Shown in pieces: positions 1 through 10,022 of a stretch of DNA of 53,170 nt. Position numbers and translations under genes: made by a program. The notes beneath the pieces were generated by a model. The model made no database searches. It saw only the letters and a program-made list of their open reading frames with translations, and had not been told where the DNA came from. The number at the start of each line of letters is the position of its first letter. The stretch's first letter is position 1. Origin of the DNA: Clostridia bacterium (GTDB taxonomy: Bacteria > Bacillota > Clostridia > Monoglobales > Monoglobaceae); contig JAZUCQ010000007.1 in the NCBI GenBank assembly GCA_045639145.1, forward strand, positions 1-53,170. Reading direction: 5' to 3'.

Positions 1-5
1 TGCGA

Positions 6-134
6 TTAGCAGCCGCAACCGTTGTTATAACTACTGTTGTTATCGCCACAGCAGCAGAATATAAGGATTATAAGAATGATAATCCAGAGACAGTTATTGT
101 CGCCGAAGCAAGCGTTGTTTCCAAAGCAGCTCAT
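6..134 (-). CDS. Unannotated 42-aa cysteine-rich small membrane peptide (MSCFGNNACFGDNNCLWIIILIILIFCCCGDNNSSYNNGCGC). It may belong to the tiny Cys/Gly-rich TM peptides of spore formers (YjcZ-like).
   Basis: ATG at 134 follows AAAGGAGGT (complement of 141-149) at good spacing. TAA lies at 6-8. It is too short for the ORF track. It has the same length and architecture as the neighbour at 176-304. Confidence 0.6.
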   Translation of the reverse strand: MSCFGNNACFGDNNCLWIIILIILIFCCCGDNNSSYNNGCGC

Positions 135-175
135 ACCTACACCTCCTTTTAAGTATATGAAAGGTCTGACTTATG

Positions 176-304
176 TCAGTCGCAGCAACCGCAGTCACCG
201 ATACCGCGCACATTACCGCTGCACGAACCGCCGCAGCAGCAAACGATAATTAAGAGGAGAATAATCCAAAGACAGCTATCTCCTCCACCGCAATTTGAAA
301 ACAT
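176..304 (-). CDS. Unannotated 42-aa cysteine-rich small membrane peptide (MFSNCGGGDSCLWIILLLIIVCCCGGSCSGNVRGIGDCGCCD), a paralog of 6-134.
   Basis: ATG at 304 follows TAGGAGGTG (complement of 311-320). TGA lies at 176-178. It shares the C-L-W-I-I hydrophobic core and CCC motif with the downstream copy. Confidence 0.6.
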   Translation of the reverse strand: MFSNCGGGDSCLWIILLLIIVCCCGGSCSGNVRGIGDCGCCD

Positions 305-478
305 AACCTTGCACCTCCTATATCGTGTTCACTAATATCATACTCAAAACCTTAGATTTGGTTACAGCTGTATCAAAAAGTTTTTAATAAATTTTTCTTT
401 ATCTGTTTACAAAACACCGCTCTATGTGATATTATTAAAGCATATATATTCTCATTTAGGGAAAGGGACGGATTACAA

Positions 479-2155
479 ATGAAAACTGATATAGAAATAG
501 CTCAAAGCGCAAGCATGCTTCCCATCCGCGAGGTTGCAGAGGCGGCTGGGATTGACGAAAACGGTCTTGAATATTACGGAAAATACAAGGCAAAGCTCTC
601 TGACGAGTTGATTGAGAGCAAGATGTGCGAAAAGGACGGACGGCTCATCCTTGTCACAGCAATAAACCCTACCCCCGCAGGCGAGGGCAAAACCACAGTA
701 ACGGTAGGGCTTGGACAGGCAATGAAGAGAATAGGGAAATCTTCTATAATTGCTCTCCGTGAACCATCAATGGGTCCCGTTATGGGTGTAAAGGGCGGAG
801 CAGCAGGCGGTGGTTACTCTCAGGTTGTTCCTATGGAGGACATTAATCTGCATTTTACAGGTGATATGCACGCAATCACTGCGGCAAACAACCTCTTATC
901 TGCCGCGATAGACAACCATATCCACCACGGAAACGCTCTCAAAATCGACCAGAGAAGAATTACATGGAAGCGTTGTCTCGATATGAACGACCGTGCCCTG
1001 CGGGAGGTTGTTGTGGGCCTTGGAGGAAAGGTCAACGGTTTTCCTCGTGAGGACGGATTTATGATAACCGTCGCAAGTGAGATAATGGCAATCCTCTGCC
1101 TTGCAAATGATATGGATGACCTCAAGGCGCGGCTTGCCGCAATCGTAATCGGTTATAATCTTGAAGGCAAGCCTGTTACCGCAGGTGACCTCGGGGTACA
1201 GGGCGCAATGGGCCTTTTACTCCATGATGCAATAAAGCCAAACCTTGTTCAGACTCTCGAAAACACCCCTTGTCTGATGCACGGCGGACCGTTTGCAAAC
1301 ATTGCACACGGCTGTAATTCAGTTCGTGCAACCAAGCTTGGTCTCAAGCTTGCCGATTACTGTATCACCGAGGCAGGCTTTGGCTCTGATTTGGGTGCTG
1401 AAAAATTCTTTGACATAAAGTGCCGTTTCGGAAATCTCAAGCCATCATGTGTGGTTCTTGTTGCAACTGTGCGTGCACTTAAATACAACGGCGGTGTGCC
1501 CAAAGCCGAACTGTCTGAGGAAAATTGCGATGCACTCAATCGCGGCATTGTCAACCTTGGCAAGCATATCGAAAATATGCACAAGTTCGGACTTCCCGTT
1601 GTTGTCGCAATTAACCGTTTCCACACAGATACTGATGCAGAGCTTAAAGCAGTTGAAGACTACTGCGAAAAACTCGGCGTAACTGTTTCAATGTGCGAGG
1701 TATTTGCAAAAGGCGGTGAGGGCGGAATTGACCTTGCTGAAAAGGTAATAGCTACAATCGACCGCCGTGACGGTGCTGAGAGTTTTGCTCCCATTTATGA
1801 CGAAAAGCTTCCCATTAAGGACAAGATAGCTATAATTGCAAAAGAAATATATGGAGCAGACGGCGTTACCTATTCGCCCAAGGCAGAAAAGACTATTAAA
1901 GAACTGACCGAGCTTGGCTATGACAAGACACCCGTATGTATGGCAAAAACTCAGTATTCGCTCTCAGATAACCCTGCTCTTCTCGGCAGACCCGAGGGAT
2001 TTACTGTAACCGTGAGAGAGATTAAAATTTCTGCAGGTGCAGGTTTTGTTGTGGCTCTCACAGGTGATGTTATGACTATGCCCGGACTTCCCAAAGTGCC
2101 CGCGGCAAATAACATGGATATAGATGCTGACGGAAAAATTACAGGCTTATTCTAA
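479..2155 (+). CDS. fhs: Formate--tetrahydrofolate ligase
   Basis: The 558-aa ORF has the typical FTHFS N-terminus (DIEIAQ...) and a [11 protein letters not shown]-loop, and is full length. Confidence 0.95.
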   Translation: MKTDIEIAQSASMLPIREVAEAAGIDENGLEYYGKYKAKLSDELIESKMCEKDGRLILVTAINPTPAGEGKTTVTVGLGQAMKRIGKSSIIALREPSMGPVMGVKGGAAGGGYSQVVPMEDINLHFTGDMHAITAANNLLSAAIDNHIHHGNALKIDQRRITWKRCLDMNDRALREVVVGLGGKVNGFPREDGFMITVASEIMAILCLANDMDDLKARLAAIVIGYNLEGKPVTAGDLGVQGAMGLLLHDAIKPNLVQTLENTPCLMHGGPFANIAHGCNSVRATKLGLKLADYCITEAGFGSDLGAEKFFDIKCRFGNLKPSCVVLVATVRALKYNGGVPKAELSEENCDALNRGIVNLGKHIENMHKFGLPVVVAINRFHTDTDAELKAVEDYCEKLGVTVSMCEVFAKGGEGGIDLAEKVIATIDRRDGAESFAPIYDEKLPIKDKIAIIAKEIYGADGVTYSPKAEKTIKELTELGYDKTPVCMAKTQYSLSDNPALLGRPEGFTVTVREIKISAGAGFVVALTGDVMTMPGLPKVPAANNMDIDADGKITGLF

Positions 2156-2175
2156 TAATCAGGAGTGAAAATAAT

Positions 2176-4038
2176 TTGTTTACGGCAGACACATATGATG
2201 TAGCGGTTATAGGCGGCGGTCATGCAGGAATTGAAGCGGCGTTCGCCGCGGCAAGGTTAGGTCTTAAAACCTGTATCTTCTCAATTTCCCTTGACTCTGT
2301 TGCCAATCTGCCCTGCAACCCCAGTATAGGCGGTACCGCAAAGGGGCACCTTGTGCGTGAGATTGATGCCCTTGGCGGAGAAATGGGCAGAGCGGCAGAC
2401 GCAACCTTTATACAGTCACGAATTTTAAACAGAGGCAAAGGGCCTGCTGTTTATTCGTTGCGTGCTCAAATTGACAGACGCAAATATCAAAACGATATGA
2501 AGCACCGCTTAGAGCTGTGCGATAACCTTGACATTCGCCAGGCGGAGATTGTGGAAATAACCGTAGACGAAAACAACTGCGTCAGTTCAGTTATCACAAT
2601 GGCAGGGGCACAATACATGTGCCGCGCCGCAATTATATGCTCGGGCACATACTTAAAATCAAGAATAATAATCGGCGAGTTCAGTCAGGAAAGCGGTCCT
2701 GACGGGGTATTCCCTGCACGCGGACTTTCTGATTGTCTCAAAAGGCTTGGGGTAGAGCTGGTTCGCTTTAAAACAGGCACACCGCCAAGAGTAAACAGAC
2801 GGAGTATAGATTTTTCCAAGCTCGAGGAGCAGCTTGGCGACGAAGAGATAACTCCGTTCTCGTTTGAAACAAAGGGTGAGCTTAAAAATCAAGTTTCGTG
2901 TCATATTACATATACAAATGAAAAAACGCACAAAATAATACTTGATAATCTTCACCGTTCACCCCTCTTCGGTGGCGATATAAAAGGAATCGGGCCAAGA
3001 TACTGCCCCTCTATCGAAGATAAAATTGTCCGTTTTAAGGACAAGGAGAGACATCAGCTTTTTGTCGAGCCCATGGGTACTGACACAGAAGAGATGTATA
3101 TACAAGGCTTTTCCAGCAGTATGCCCGAAGATGTTCAGCTTGAGATGATTCATTCACTGCCGGGATTTGAAAATGCTCAGGTTTCAAGGAATGCATATGC
3201 AATCGAATATGACTGTGCAAATCCTCTGCAGCTTCTGCCCACTCTGGAATTTAAGAAAATCAGCGGACTTTACGGCGCAGGTCAGTTTAACGGAAGCTCC
3301 GGCTATGAGGAGGCGGCAGCACAAGGACTTATTGCAGGCATAAATGCAGCACTTAAGCTGCTTGGCAGAGAACCGTTTATACTTGAGCGTTCACAGGCAT
3401 ATATCGGAACTCTTATAGACGACCTTGTTACTAAGGGCACAAATGAACCGTACCGAATGATGACATCACGCTCAGAGTATCGACTTTTACTTCGTCAGGA
3501 TAATGCCGATTTAAGACTTACCCCCTACGGGCACGAGATAGGTCTTATCTCAGACGAACGATATTCTGCTTTTCTTGAAAAAAGAAACGCTATCGAGGCT
3601 GAGATGCAAAGACTTAAAAAGCTTGTCTTCCCCCCGTCTGATGCGGTAAACAAAATTCTTTGCAATGCAGGGAGTACCGCTATATCGACAGGTGTTCACG
3701 CAGATGAACTGCTCAAACGCCCCGAAGTAAGCTATGCAATGCTTGCCGAGGTTGATAAAGACCGACCCTCTCTCCCTGCGGAGGTATGCGAGCAAGTGGA
3801 GATTAGTATAAAATATGAGGGGTATATCAACCGCCAACTATCACAGGCATCACAGTTTTCAAAGCTTGAAAACAAGCGCCTGCCCGACGATATCGACTAT
3901 ATGTCCATTGACGGCTTGAGAATAGAAGCAAGACAAAAGCTTGACAAAATACGCCCTCTCTCATTAGGTCAGGCTTCGAGAATATCCGGAGTTTCTCCTG
4001 CGGATATAACGGTTCTTATGATATATCTGAAAATGTAA
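2176..4038 (+). CDS. mnmG: tRNA uridine 5-carboxymethylaminomethyl modification enzyme MnmG (GidA)
   Basis: 620 aa with the FAD motif [15 protein letters not shown] and the GidA-type C-terminus. It has a TTG start 8 nt after AGGAGTG. Confidence 0.95.
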   Translation: MFTADTYDVAVIGGGHAGIEAAFAAARLGLKTCIFSISLDSVANLPCNPSIGGTAKGHLVREIDALGGEMGRAADATFIQSRILNRGKGPAVYSLRAQIDRRKYQNDMKHRLELCDNLDIRQAEIVEITVDENNCVSSVITMAGAQYMCRAAIICSGTYLKSRIIIGEFSQESGPDGVFPARGLSDCLKRLGVELVRFKTGTPPRVNRRSIDFSKLEEQLGDEEITPFSFETKGELKNQVSCHITYTNEKTHKIILDNLHRSPLFGGDIKGIGPRYCPSIEDKIVRFKDKERHQLFVEPMGTDTEEMYIQGFSSSMPEDVQLEMIHSLPGFENAQVSRNAYAIEYDCANPLQLLPTLEFKKISGLYGAGQFNGSSGYEEAAAQGLIAGINAALKLLGREPFILERSQAYIGTLIDDLVTKGTNEPYRMMTSRSEYRLLLRQDNADLRLTPYGHEIGLISDERYSAFLEKRNAIEAEMQRLKKLVFPPSDAVNKILCNAGSTAISTGVHADELLKRPEVSYAMLAEVDKDRPSLPAEVCEQVEISIKYEGYINRQLSQASQFSKLENKRLPDDIDYMSIDGLRIEARQKLDKIRPLSLGQASRISGVSPADITVLMIYLKM

Positions 4039-4065
4039 TATTAAAATACGAAAGGAACGATTACC

Positions 4066-4770
4066 ATGAAAAAGATTGTATCTGCTGCTTTGGCAGCAAT
4101 AATGCTTTCTGCACTTTGTGCCTGCGGAGATAAGCCTGTAAGTCAGACAGGTGAAAATATCGTAGAGAACACAACAGGAAGCGGCAACAAGTATGATGTT
4201 CAGCTTGATGAGCGAACCGAGGATACTCAGTATGAATATGGCGAGGATGACCTCTCGCTTGTAGATACCATGTCGGGAAGCAAAATTACTCTCGGTATGT
4301 CTCAGCAGGATATTGAGACAATAACGGGAGCGCCCGAACAGACCGACAGAGATACCTTGATATATGACGGAGTTATCGTAATGTACGAGGAAGGAAGGGC
4401 GGTTTCTTTCATTGTATCGAACGGAATGTTTAAAGACGGAAAGGAAACCAGATACAAGACGACAAGAGGCATCGGCGTCGGAACTTCCGCAGATGACTTT
4501 AAAAAAGCCTACGGCGACAGCTATGCCGAGGGCGGAGAAGTTACTCACGAGTCGGGCGAGGTCTCCAAAACTGCATCAAGTGCCATAAGATACTTTAAGA
4601 AAGACGGCAATAAAATCGAATTTTTGGGCACAGACGCTTCAAGCATTCAGCAAGATGGCGAAGATGCCGAATACTATTTGCAGGACTTTATGTTCAGCAA
4701 CAAGACAGGCAACATTGCAACAATGCGTATAAGTCTTTCATCTGCCGCAACAGGCGGAATGCAAAAATAG
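4066..4770 (+). CDS. Lipoprotein of unknown function
   Basis: Signal peptide with a lipobox-like LSALCAC, and an RBS GAAAGGA upstream. I recognise no family. Confidence 0.6.
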   Translation: MKKIVSAALAAIMLSALCACGDKPVSQTGENIVENTTGSGNKYDVQLDERTEDTQYEYGEDDLSLVDTMSGSKITLGMSQQDIETITGAPEQTDRDTLIYDGVIVMYEEGRAVSFIVSNGMFKDGKETRYKTTRGIGVGTSADDFKKAYGDSYAEGGEVTHESGEVSKTASSAIRYFKKDGNKIEFLGTDASSIQQDGEDAEYYLQDFMFSNKTGNIATMRISLSSAATGGMQK

Positions 4771-4830
4771 GAAAATTAATAATTCTCGGGGTACCAAGAC
4801 CCTGAGATTTTAATACAAGGAGGAATAAAA

Positions 4831-5274
4831 ATGGTTATAGGAAGCTTAAAGGATTGCGACAAATACGCATCATTGCACCCCGATTTTGCGGAGGTTTTTG
4901 AATTCTTAAAGACACTTACCGCAGAATCGGCAGAGGAAAAAACCGTTCTGAGAGAAAACGATGTATGGGTTAAGCCGGGTACGGCGGTAGACAAAAACAC
5001 GGCTGCCAAGAACTTCGAGGTTCACAGAAACTTTATAGATGTTCAATACATTATAGACGGCGAAGAGGAATTCGGGTATTCGGATATTTCAAAGCTTAGC
5101 GTGTGTGACGAATACAATCCCGAAAAAGATGTCGAGTTTCTCATAGGTGATGTAAGTACATTGGTTCTTAAATCGGGTGATTTCTGTATTTTGTTTCCCG
5201 AGGATGGGCACATACCCACAAAAAAATGTCTCACGCCTACTGTAAAAAGAGCCGTTGCAAAGGTTCGTTTATAG
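4831..5274 (+). CDS. YhcH/YjgK/YiaL (DUF386, EbgC-like) family protein
   Basis: 147 aa with the family pattern: N-terminal M-x-G-x-L...Y...LHP, HRNFIDVQYI, FFPEDGH-P and a C-terminal AKV tail. Confidence 0.75.
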   Translation: MVIGSLKDCDKYASLHPDFAEVFEFLKTLTAESAEEKTVLRENDVWVKPGTAVDKNTAAKNFEVHRNFIDVQYIIDGEEEFGYSDISKLSVCDEYNPEKDVEFLIGDVSTLVLKSGDFCILFPEDGHIPTKKCLTPTVKRAVAKVRL

Positions 5275-5298
5275 GCAATTTACAACGGATTGAATGAT

Positions 5299-5330
5299 TT
5301 AAGCGTTTTCTAATTGTAGAAAACGCTTAA
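5299..5330 (+). terminator. 14-bp stem hairpin downstream of the yhcH-like gene
   Basis: TTAAGCGTTTTCTA / TAGAAAACGCTTAA with a 4-nt loop. The U-tract is poor. Confidence 0.45.
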
Positions 5331-5354
5331 ATTATAAAAAATATAAAAAAAAGC

Positions 5355-5383
5355 TTGCATTTTTCTTTTATATGTGATACAAT
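5355..5383 (+). promoter_or_regulatory. Sigma-A type promoter for the tRNA pair
   Basis: TTGCAT, a 17-nt spacer, then TGA-TACAAT (extended -10), about 50 nt upstream of tRNA-Glu. Confidence 0.55.
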
Positions 5384-5431
5384 ATAACTCGCGTTGATTG
5401 TGAAACAAATCCAATGTAACTTATAGAATTT

Positions 5432-5506
5432 GGCTCCGTGGTCAAGCGGTCAAGACACCGCCCTTTCACGGCGGTAACAGGGGTTCGATTCCCCTCGGAG
5501 TCACCA
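5432..5506 (+). tRNA. tRNA-Glu (anticodon TTC), CCA encoded
   Basis: The cloverleaf was folded by hand. Acceptor is GGCTCCG/CGGAGTC, the anticodon loop is CTTTCAC, the T-loop is TTCGATT and a 3' CCA is present. Confidence 0.9.
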
Positions 5507-5558
5507 TCTTATAAGCAGCAGTCTTTGGCTGCTGCTTATATTCCATATTTAACAATAT

Positions 5559-5635
5559 GGACCTTTAGCTCAGTTGGTTAGAGCAACCGGCTCATAACCG
5601 GTTGGTCCGGGGTTCGAGTCCCTGAAGGTCCACCA
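5559..5635 (+). tRNA. Elongator-type tRNA with anticodon CAT (tRNA-Met, or tRNA-Ile2 after lysidine modification), CCA encoded
   Basis: Acceptor is GGACCTT/AAGGTCC with a G1-C72 pair, so it is not an initiator. The anticodon loop is CTCATAA and the T-loop is TTCGAGT. From memory, the 5' half resembles Bacillus tRNA-Ile(CAU). Confidence 0.88.
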
Positions 5636-5641
5636 GAAAAA

Positions 5642-5669
5642 AGACTATTCTTCGGAATAGTCTTTTTTT
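5642..5669 (+). terminator. Rho-independent terminator of the tRNA operon
   Basis: AGACTATTC-TTCG-GAATAGTCT followed by TTTTTT. Confidence 0.85.
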
Positions 5670-5672
5670 AAC

Positions 5673-5843
5673 GAAATAAATCCTTGCGGATTTGTGAAAT
5701 GCACTGCGTGCATGAAATATTGCTTCGCAATGTGAAATACGCTCTTTGGGCGTGTGGATTTATTTCATTTCATAGAAAACTTTAGTTTTCTATTTCACAA
5801 TTTCGACAGAAATTATTTCACATCAACGAAGTTGATATTTCAT
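5673..5843. repeat. Array of seven short hairpins with unrelated sequences, separated by TGAAAT (left half) and ATTTCA (right half) motifs
   Basis: The stems lie at 5678-5693, 5699-5713, 5719-5731, 5739-5753, 5774-5791, 5799-5814 and 5822-5836. GAAAT occurs 4 times, then ATTTCA 5 times. The polarity switches near 5758. Confidence 0.7.
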
Positions 5844-5942
5844 TAAAATAAAATGCATATGCATCTTACACGAAAGGCAAAAAATAAACCTACTTGTCCG
5901 TTTTTACTGGTTCTGTTCAACGAAAACCGTGCTTTTTTATCA

Positions 5943-6413
5943 CTACTCTTCTTCAAGATTTATCCATTCGGAAACCTTTTCTATAAACATATGTCCGTCA
6001 AGATGCTCAATCTCATGGCAGAGTGCCCTTGCAAGCAAGCCCTCGCCCGTAATCTCACGGATTTTTCCGTTGCGGTCTGCGGCACGAACGGTCACCTTGT
6101 TGGGGCGTGTAACAATCCCCCAATGGTCGGGGTAGCTAAGGCACCCCTCCGTATCTGTCTGCTCGCCCTCCTCGTATATTATCTCAGGGTCTATCAGCTC
6201 GATAAGACCGTCGCCGATATCTATAACCGCCATTCTTCTGAGGACTCCCACCTGAGGTGCAGCAAGTCCCACACCGCCCGATTCATAAAGTGTATCTATT
6301 AAATCTTCAAGCAAAGCCATGTTTCTGTCATTCATCTCTCCCACAGGTCTGCACTTTTTAGAAAGTGTTTCCTCGCCCGGAAGGCCAAGCTTTAATATTG
6401 TTCTTATAGCCAT
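5943..6413 (-). CDS. def: Peptide deformylase
   Basis: 156 aa with the GVGLAAPQ, EGCLS and HEIEHLDG motifs. Confidence 0.95.
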   Translation of the reverse strand: MAIRTILKLGLPGEETLSKKCRPVGEMNDRNMALLEDLIDTLYESGGVGLAAPQVGVLRRMAVIDIGDGLIELIDPEIIYEEGEQTDTEGCLSYPDHWGIVTRPNKVTVRAADRNGKIREITGEGLLARALCHEIEHLDGHMFIEKVSEWINLEEE

Positions 6414-6447
6414 TTTTTCTTCCCTTTCTTTGTTTAAATCCCTATCA

Positions 6448-8898
6448 TCATATCATATTATTCGGGTTAATGTCAATCGAAATCATATTCTTTGTTCTTG
6501 ACTTTTCATGTTCTGCGTTTATTGCTGCAAGAAACGGGAGAATTTGCTCTCCGCTTCTCACTTTTACAATAATTCTGTATCTGTATTTATTCTTTATCCG
6601 ATGAATAGGCGCAGGTGCAGGTCCCAGAATTTTAATAATGCTTGGGTTACATTTTTGCTCTGTCATTATCTTTTCGCCTATGCTCTCGATTTCCCGCTCC
6701 GCTTCAGCCTCATCTTCCCCCGACAGCATAATACATACTATATCACAAAACGGCGGATAGTCCATTCTCCGTCGGTAGGTTATCTCGTTCTCATAAAAAT
6801 CAATATAATTTTGTTCCTTGGCAAAATTTATTGTTCTGTTCTGCGGCTGATAGGTCTGAATGAACGCTCTGCCCTCTATATCGCCTCTGCCTGCTCTGCC
6901 GCATACCTGAGTTATCAGCGAAAAGCACTTCTCTCCTGCCCTGAAATCATCAACATTGAGCGCGGTATCCGCCGCAAGAACCCCGACAAGCGTAACATCA
7001 GGAAAATCAAGTCCCTTTGTCACCATCTGAGTTCCAAGCAGAATATCCGCCTCGCCGTTTTTAAATCTGCTGAGGATTGCCTCATGTCCGCCCTTGCCCG
7101 AGGTGGTGTCAAAATCCATTCTCAGAACTCTCGCCTGCGGAAACAGCCGTATTATTTCATCTTCTATCCGCTGTGTTCCCGTTCCGAAAAACTTAACATA
7201 TTTCGAGCCGCATTCACGGCATTCCTTTATGTTATCTATCGTCTGTCCGCAATAATGGCAGACAAGCTTATCTGTCTTTTTGTGGTATGTCATTGCGATA
7301 CTGCAATTTTCACATTCGACAACCGCTCCGCATTCACGGCAGGAAACAAAGGTGTTGTAGCCGCGTCTGTTCAAAAACAGTACCGTTTTTTCTCCCCGCT
7401 CAAGATTGAGACGGATTTCCTCCTGAAGCCTTATGCTAATCGGTGAATTGTTATGCAAATCAAAAAGCTCACTTCGCATATCCACAATCCGCGCCTTTGG
7501 CATCGCGTTATCGTTATATCTTTTATTCATCTCAAACAGAGTATATTCTCCCTGCTTTGCAAGGTAATATGTTGAAATATCAGGCGTTGCCGATGCCAGA
7601 AGGACAGGTGCGCCGTGTCTCTGCCCTCTCCACATTGCAACCTCTGCCGCATGGTATCTCGGGGAAATATCCGATTTGTAGCTATTCTCGTGCTGTTCGT
7701 CAAGAATGATAATCCCGATATTATCAAATGGTGAAAATATCGCACTTCTTGCACCTACAACAACACAAACCTCACCGCTTTTCATGCGACACCACTGGTC
7801 ATACCTCTCGCCAAGCGAAAGTCCGCTGTGCATAACTGCAACACGATTGCCGAAACGCCCCACAAACCTCTCTACCATCTGCGGTGTAAGGGATATCTCG
7901 GGCACAAGCATTATTGCCTGTCTGCCCATAGATATGCAATGCTCTATTGCTTGCAAAAAAACCTCCGTCTTGCCGCTGCCCGTGACACCGCGCAACAAAA
8001 TCTTTTCAAACTTTTTATTCTCGGTAAGTCCGTTAAGATATTCAATTATCGGCTTTTGCTCCTCCGTCGGGATATATGATACAGTATCTTCATACTTGTT
8101 CTCGTCATAGGCTTCACGCACAAGCTGTTCCTTATATATCGAAACAAATCCCTTTTCGCACAGTGCATTGAGCGACACATAATTTCCGTCAGCCGCAGTC
8201 ACAAGGTCAGCGCATGTCATATCTCCGCAGTCGCAAAGGGTCAAAAGCATATTCGCCTGAACATGTGCCCTGCGCAAAAACAACTCGTCCGCCATGGCAT
8301 ATCCGTCATCTATGCTGCACTCAAGCCGTGCCTTGCGTATATATTTTACCCCTACTAAATCGCGGATATTTTCACAAAGCTCAACTGCACCCATGTCCGA
8401 GAGTGCATATACTGCACTTTTAAGTCCCCGACCGCCTACACATTCCGCAAGCTCTGCATACTCTGCCATGCCGTCGCGGTCGCGGAGTGCCTGCATTATC
8501 TTCTCCTGAGTGGGCGTAAGCTTTGCCTCACCCAACTTACCATCACGCAAAGCAACCCACAAGCTGATTTTTGCACTTGCCCTTGGCGATCTTACCTGCT
8601 TGTAGCTTTGCGAAAAGGAACACAAGTACTTATTCTGCATCCAGCGGCACAGCTCAAGCTGTTCCTCTGTGCAAGCTGCGCCATCTCCGATTATGCTTTG
8701 TATCGGTTTGAGCCTTTTGACATCGCTGCTGTCGCAAAGGCGTACAATTAAGCCCTCGGCAGAGGCATTTCTCGCTCCGAACGGAACAATTACCCTCATA
8801 CCGACGGCAGCAGTTTTTGCAAGCCCATCAGGAATGAGATAGTCAAATTCCCGACTGAGTGCATATGCGGCGTTTGTAAGCATAACCTTTGCAACCAT
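6448..8898 (-). CDS. priA: Primosomal protein N' (replication restart helicase PriA)
   Basis: It has Walker A GVTGSGKT, a DEQH box and Cys-rich zinc motifs (CRECG..CENC..CHYCG..CRECG). The start is moved to the ATG at 8898, which follows GAGGAG. Confidence 0.93.
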   Translation of the reverse strand: MVAKVMLTNAAYALSREFDYLIPDGLAKTAAVGMRVIVPFGARNASAEGLIVRLCDSSDVKRLKPIQSIIGDGAACTEEQLELCRWMQNKYLCSFSQSYKQVRSPRASAKISLWVALRDGKLGEAKLTPTQEKIMQALRDRDGMAEYAELAECVGGRGLKSAVYALSDMGAVELCENIRDLVGVKYIRKARLECSIDDGYAMADELFLRRAHVQANMLLTLCDCGDMTCADLVTAADGNYVSLNALCEKGFVSIYKEQLVREAYDENKYEDTVSYIPTEEQKPIIEYLNGLTENKKFEKILLRGVTGSGKTEVFLQAIEHCISMGRQAIMLVPEISLTPQMVERFVGRFGNRVAVMHSGLSLGERYDQWCRMKSGEVCVVVGARSAIFSPFDNIGIIILDEQHENSYKSDISPRYHAAEVAMWRGQRHGAPVLLASATPDISTYYLAKQGEYTLFEMNKRYNDNAMPKARIVDMRSELFDLHNNSPISIRLQEEIRLNLERGEKTVLFLNRRGYNTFVSCRECGAVVECENCSIAMTYHKKTDKLVCHYCGQTIDNIKECRECGSKYVKFFGTGTQRIEDEIIRLFPQARVLRMDFDTTSGKGGHEAILSRFKNGEADILLGTQMVTKGLDFPDVTLVGVLAADTALNVDDFRAGEKCFSLITQVCGRAGRGDIEGRAFIQTYQPQNRTINFAKEQNYIDFYENEITYRRRMDYPPFCDIVCIMLSGEDEAEAEREIESIGEKIMTEQKCNPSIIKILGPAPAPIHRIKNKYRYRIIVKVRSGEQILPFLAAINAEHEKSRTKNMISIDINPNNMI

Positions 8899-8965
8899 CG
8901 CTTTACTCCTCTTTTTGAAAAAAATTAGGGGATGCCGCAAGCGTCATCCCTGTAGTTATCCTGAC

Positions 8966-9187
8966 TTATTCTTCTGTTTTGGACTGAAGCGTACTTGTTG
9001 CAACAGCGTTTATCTTGCCCTCATAAATCTCGTTTATCGCAACCGAGATTTCCTTATTATTGTCAGCCTTGGCAAGCGGCTCCGCTCCCTGTGACAACTG
9101 ACGCGCACGGCGTGCGGTCTCTATAACCAACGAATAACGGCTTCCCGTTTTCTTAACAAGCTCTGCAATAGGCGGATAAATCATCAT
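8966..9187 (-). CDS. rpoZ: DNA-directed RNA polymerase subunit omega
   Basis: 73 aa containing SRYSLVIETARRARQL. Its start overlaps the gmk stop (ATGATGA). Confidence 0.85.
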   Translation of the reverse strand: MMIYPPIAELVKKTGSRYSLVIETARRARQLSQGAEPLAKADNNKEISVAINEIYEGKINAVATSTLQSKTEE

Positions 9188-9750
9188 AATACATCTTTCC
9201 TTTCTATTATATCCTTTATCTCCCTGACGGCATCGTCAAGTATGTTATTTACTACAATATAATCGTATTTGTCCTTCATCTCAAGTTCTGCCTCTGCCGC
9301 GGCTACCCGACTTTCTATCTCCTCGGGCTGTTCGCTGCCTCTGCCGAAAAGCCGCTCCCGCAATGCTTCCACGCTCGGCGGAGCAATAAAAATATATATT
9401 CCCTCACGGTGCTTATCCATAACATTTACAGCACCCTGAACATCAATCTCAAGCAGAACATCGCATCCGTCTTTAAGTGTCTCTTCAACTGCACCTATCG
9501 GTGTTCCGTAGTAATTTCCGTTATACTGTGCCCACTCTAAAAAATCGCCGTTTTCTATCATCGAGCGGAACTCGTCCTCTGTCTTAAAAAAGTAGGTAAC
9601 ACCCTCGATATCCTCCGTTCTCGGTTCTCTTGTTGTTGCCGAGACGGAAAGCCTTATTTTGTCACACTCCGAGAGGATACGGCGCACAATAGTACCCTTA
9701 CCAACGCCCGACGGTCCTGAAATAACAATAAGTCTCCCCTTATTCATCAT
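9184..9750 (-). CDS. gmk: Guanylate kinase
   Basis: P-loop [11 protein letters not shown] and a TTR motif. The start is set to the MMNKGRL ATG pair, which overlaps the remA stop. Confidence 0.92.
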   Translation of the reverse strand: MMNKGRLIVISGPSGVGKGTIVRRILSECDKIRLSVSATTREPRTEDIEGVTYFFKTEDEFRSMIENGDFLEWAQYNGNYYGTPIGAVEETLKDGCDVLLEIDVQGAVNVMDKHREGIYIFIAPPSVEALRERLFGRGSEQPEEIESRVAAAEAELEMKDKYDYIVVNNILDDAVREIKDIIERKDVL

Positions 9751-10012
9751 CCTCTGCCGTGTCCTCCTTCTCGATTTCCTTAGGTTCTGCTCTGCCTGCA
9801 ATAGTCTCGGTCTGGATTGCCGAGAGGATAACATGGTCGCTGTCGGTTATTATAACCGCACGGGTGCGTCTGCCGCAGGTTGCGTCGATTAAAAGTCCCT
9901 TTTCCTTAGACTCCTGAACTATTCTCTTAATAGGTGCAGAATCGGGGCTGACAATCGCAATAACCCTGTCTCCCGAAACTATATTACCAAAACCAACATT
10001 GATAAGCTTCAT
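9740..10012 (-). CDS. remA: RemA/YlzA (DUF370) extracellular-matrix regulator family protein
   Basis: 90 aa. [11 protein letters not shown]....[15 protein letters not shown] is the family signature. The yicC-remA-gmk-rpoZ synteny is conserved. Confidence 0.85.
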   Translation of the reverse strand: MKLINVGFGNIVSGDRVIAIVSPDSAPIKRIVQESKEKGLLIDATCGRRTRAVIITDSDHVILSAIQTETIAGRAEPKEIEKEDTAEDDE

Positions 10013-10022
10013 CTTACCACTC

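Noticed and set aside
37-249. Tracked 70-aa plus-strand ORF at the left edge
   Set aside because: It is low-complexity (Gln/Arg/Ser-rich) and has no RBS. It lies antisense to two minus-strand 42-codon ORFs that have strong RBSs and paralogous architecture, so I treat it as a shadow ORF.
305-478. ZTP/THF-type riboswitch upstream of fhs (also checked upstream of glyA at 11613-11731)
   Set aside because: Both leaders are short, AT-rich and lack the conserved GC-rich cores (for example CCGCCTGGGC for ZTP).
5673-5843. Possible CRISPR array or DnaA-box cluster
   Set aside because: The repeated unit is only 6-7 nt and the 'spacers' are 11-18-nt palindromes, so this is not a CRISPR array. Only one weak DnaA-like box (TGTGGATTT) is present, so it is not an oriC-type cluster.
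6508-7446. Long antisense ORFs inside priA. Similar cases occur at 10105-10776 in yicC, 16808-17371 in mnmE, 36015-36575 in the phoR/phoP genes, 48589-49251 in the amidase/U32 region, 50853-51317 in mtnN and 29743-30237 opposite mcsA.
   Set aside because: All lie fully within, and antisense to, genes with unmistakable family motifs. Their translations are compositionally odd (Ser/Arg/Cys/Phe-rich), with no RBS and no recognisable domains.
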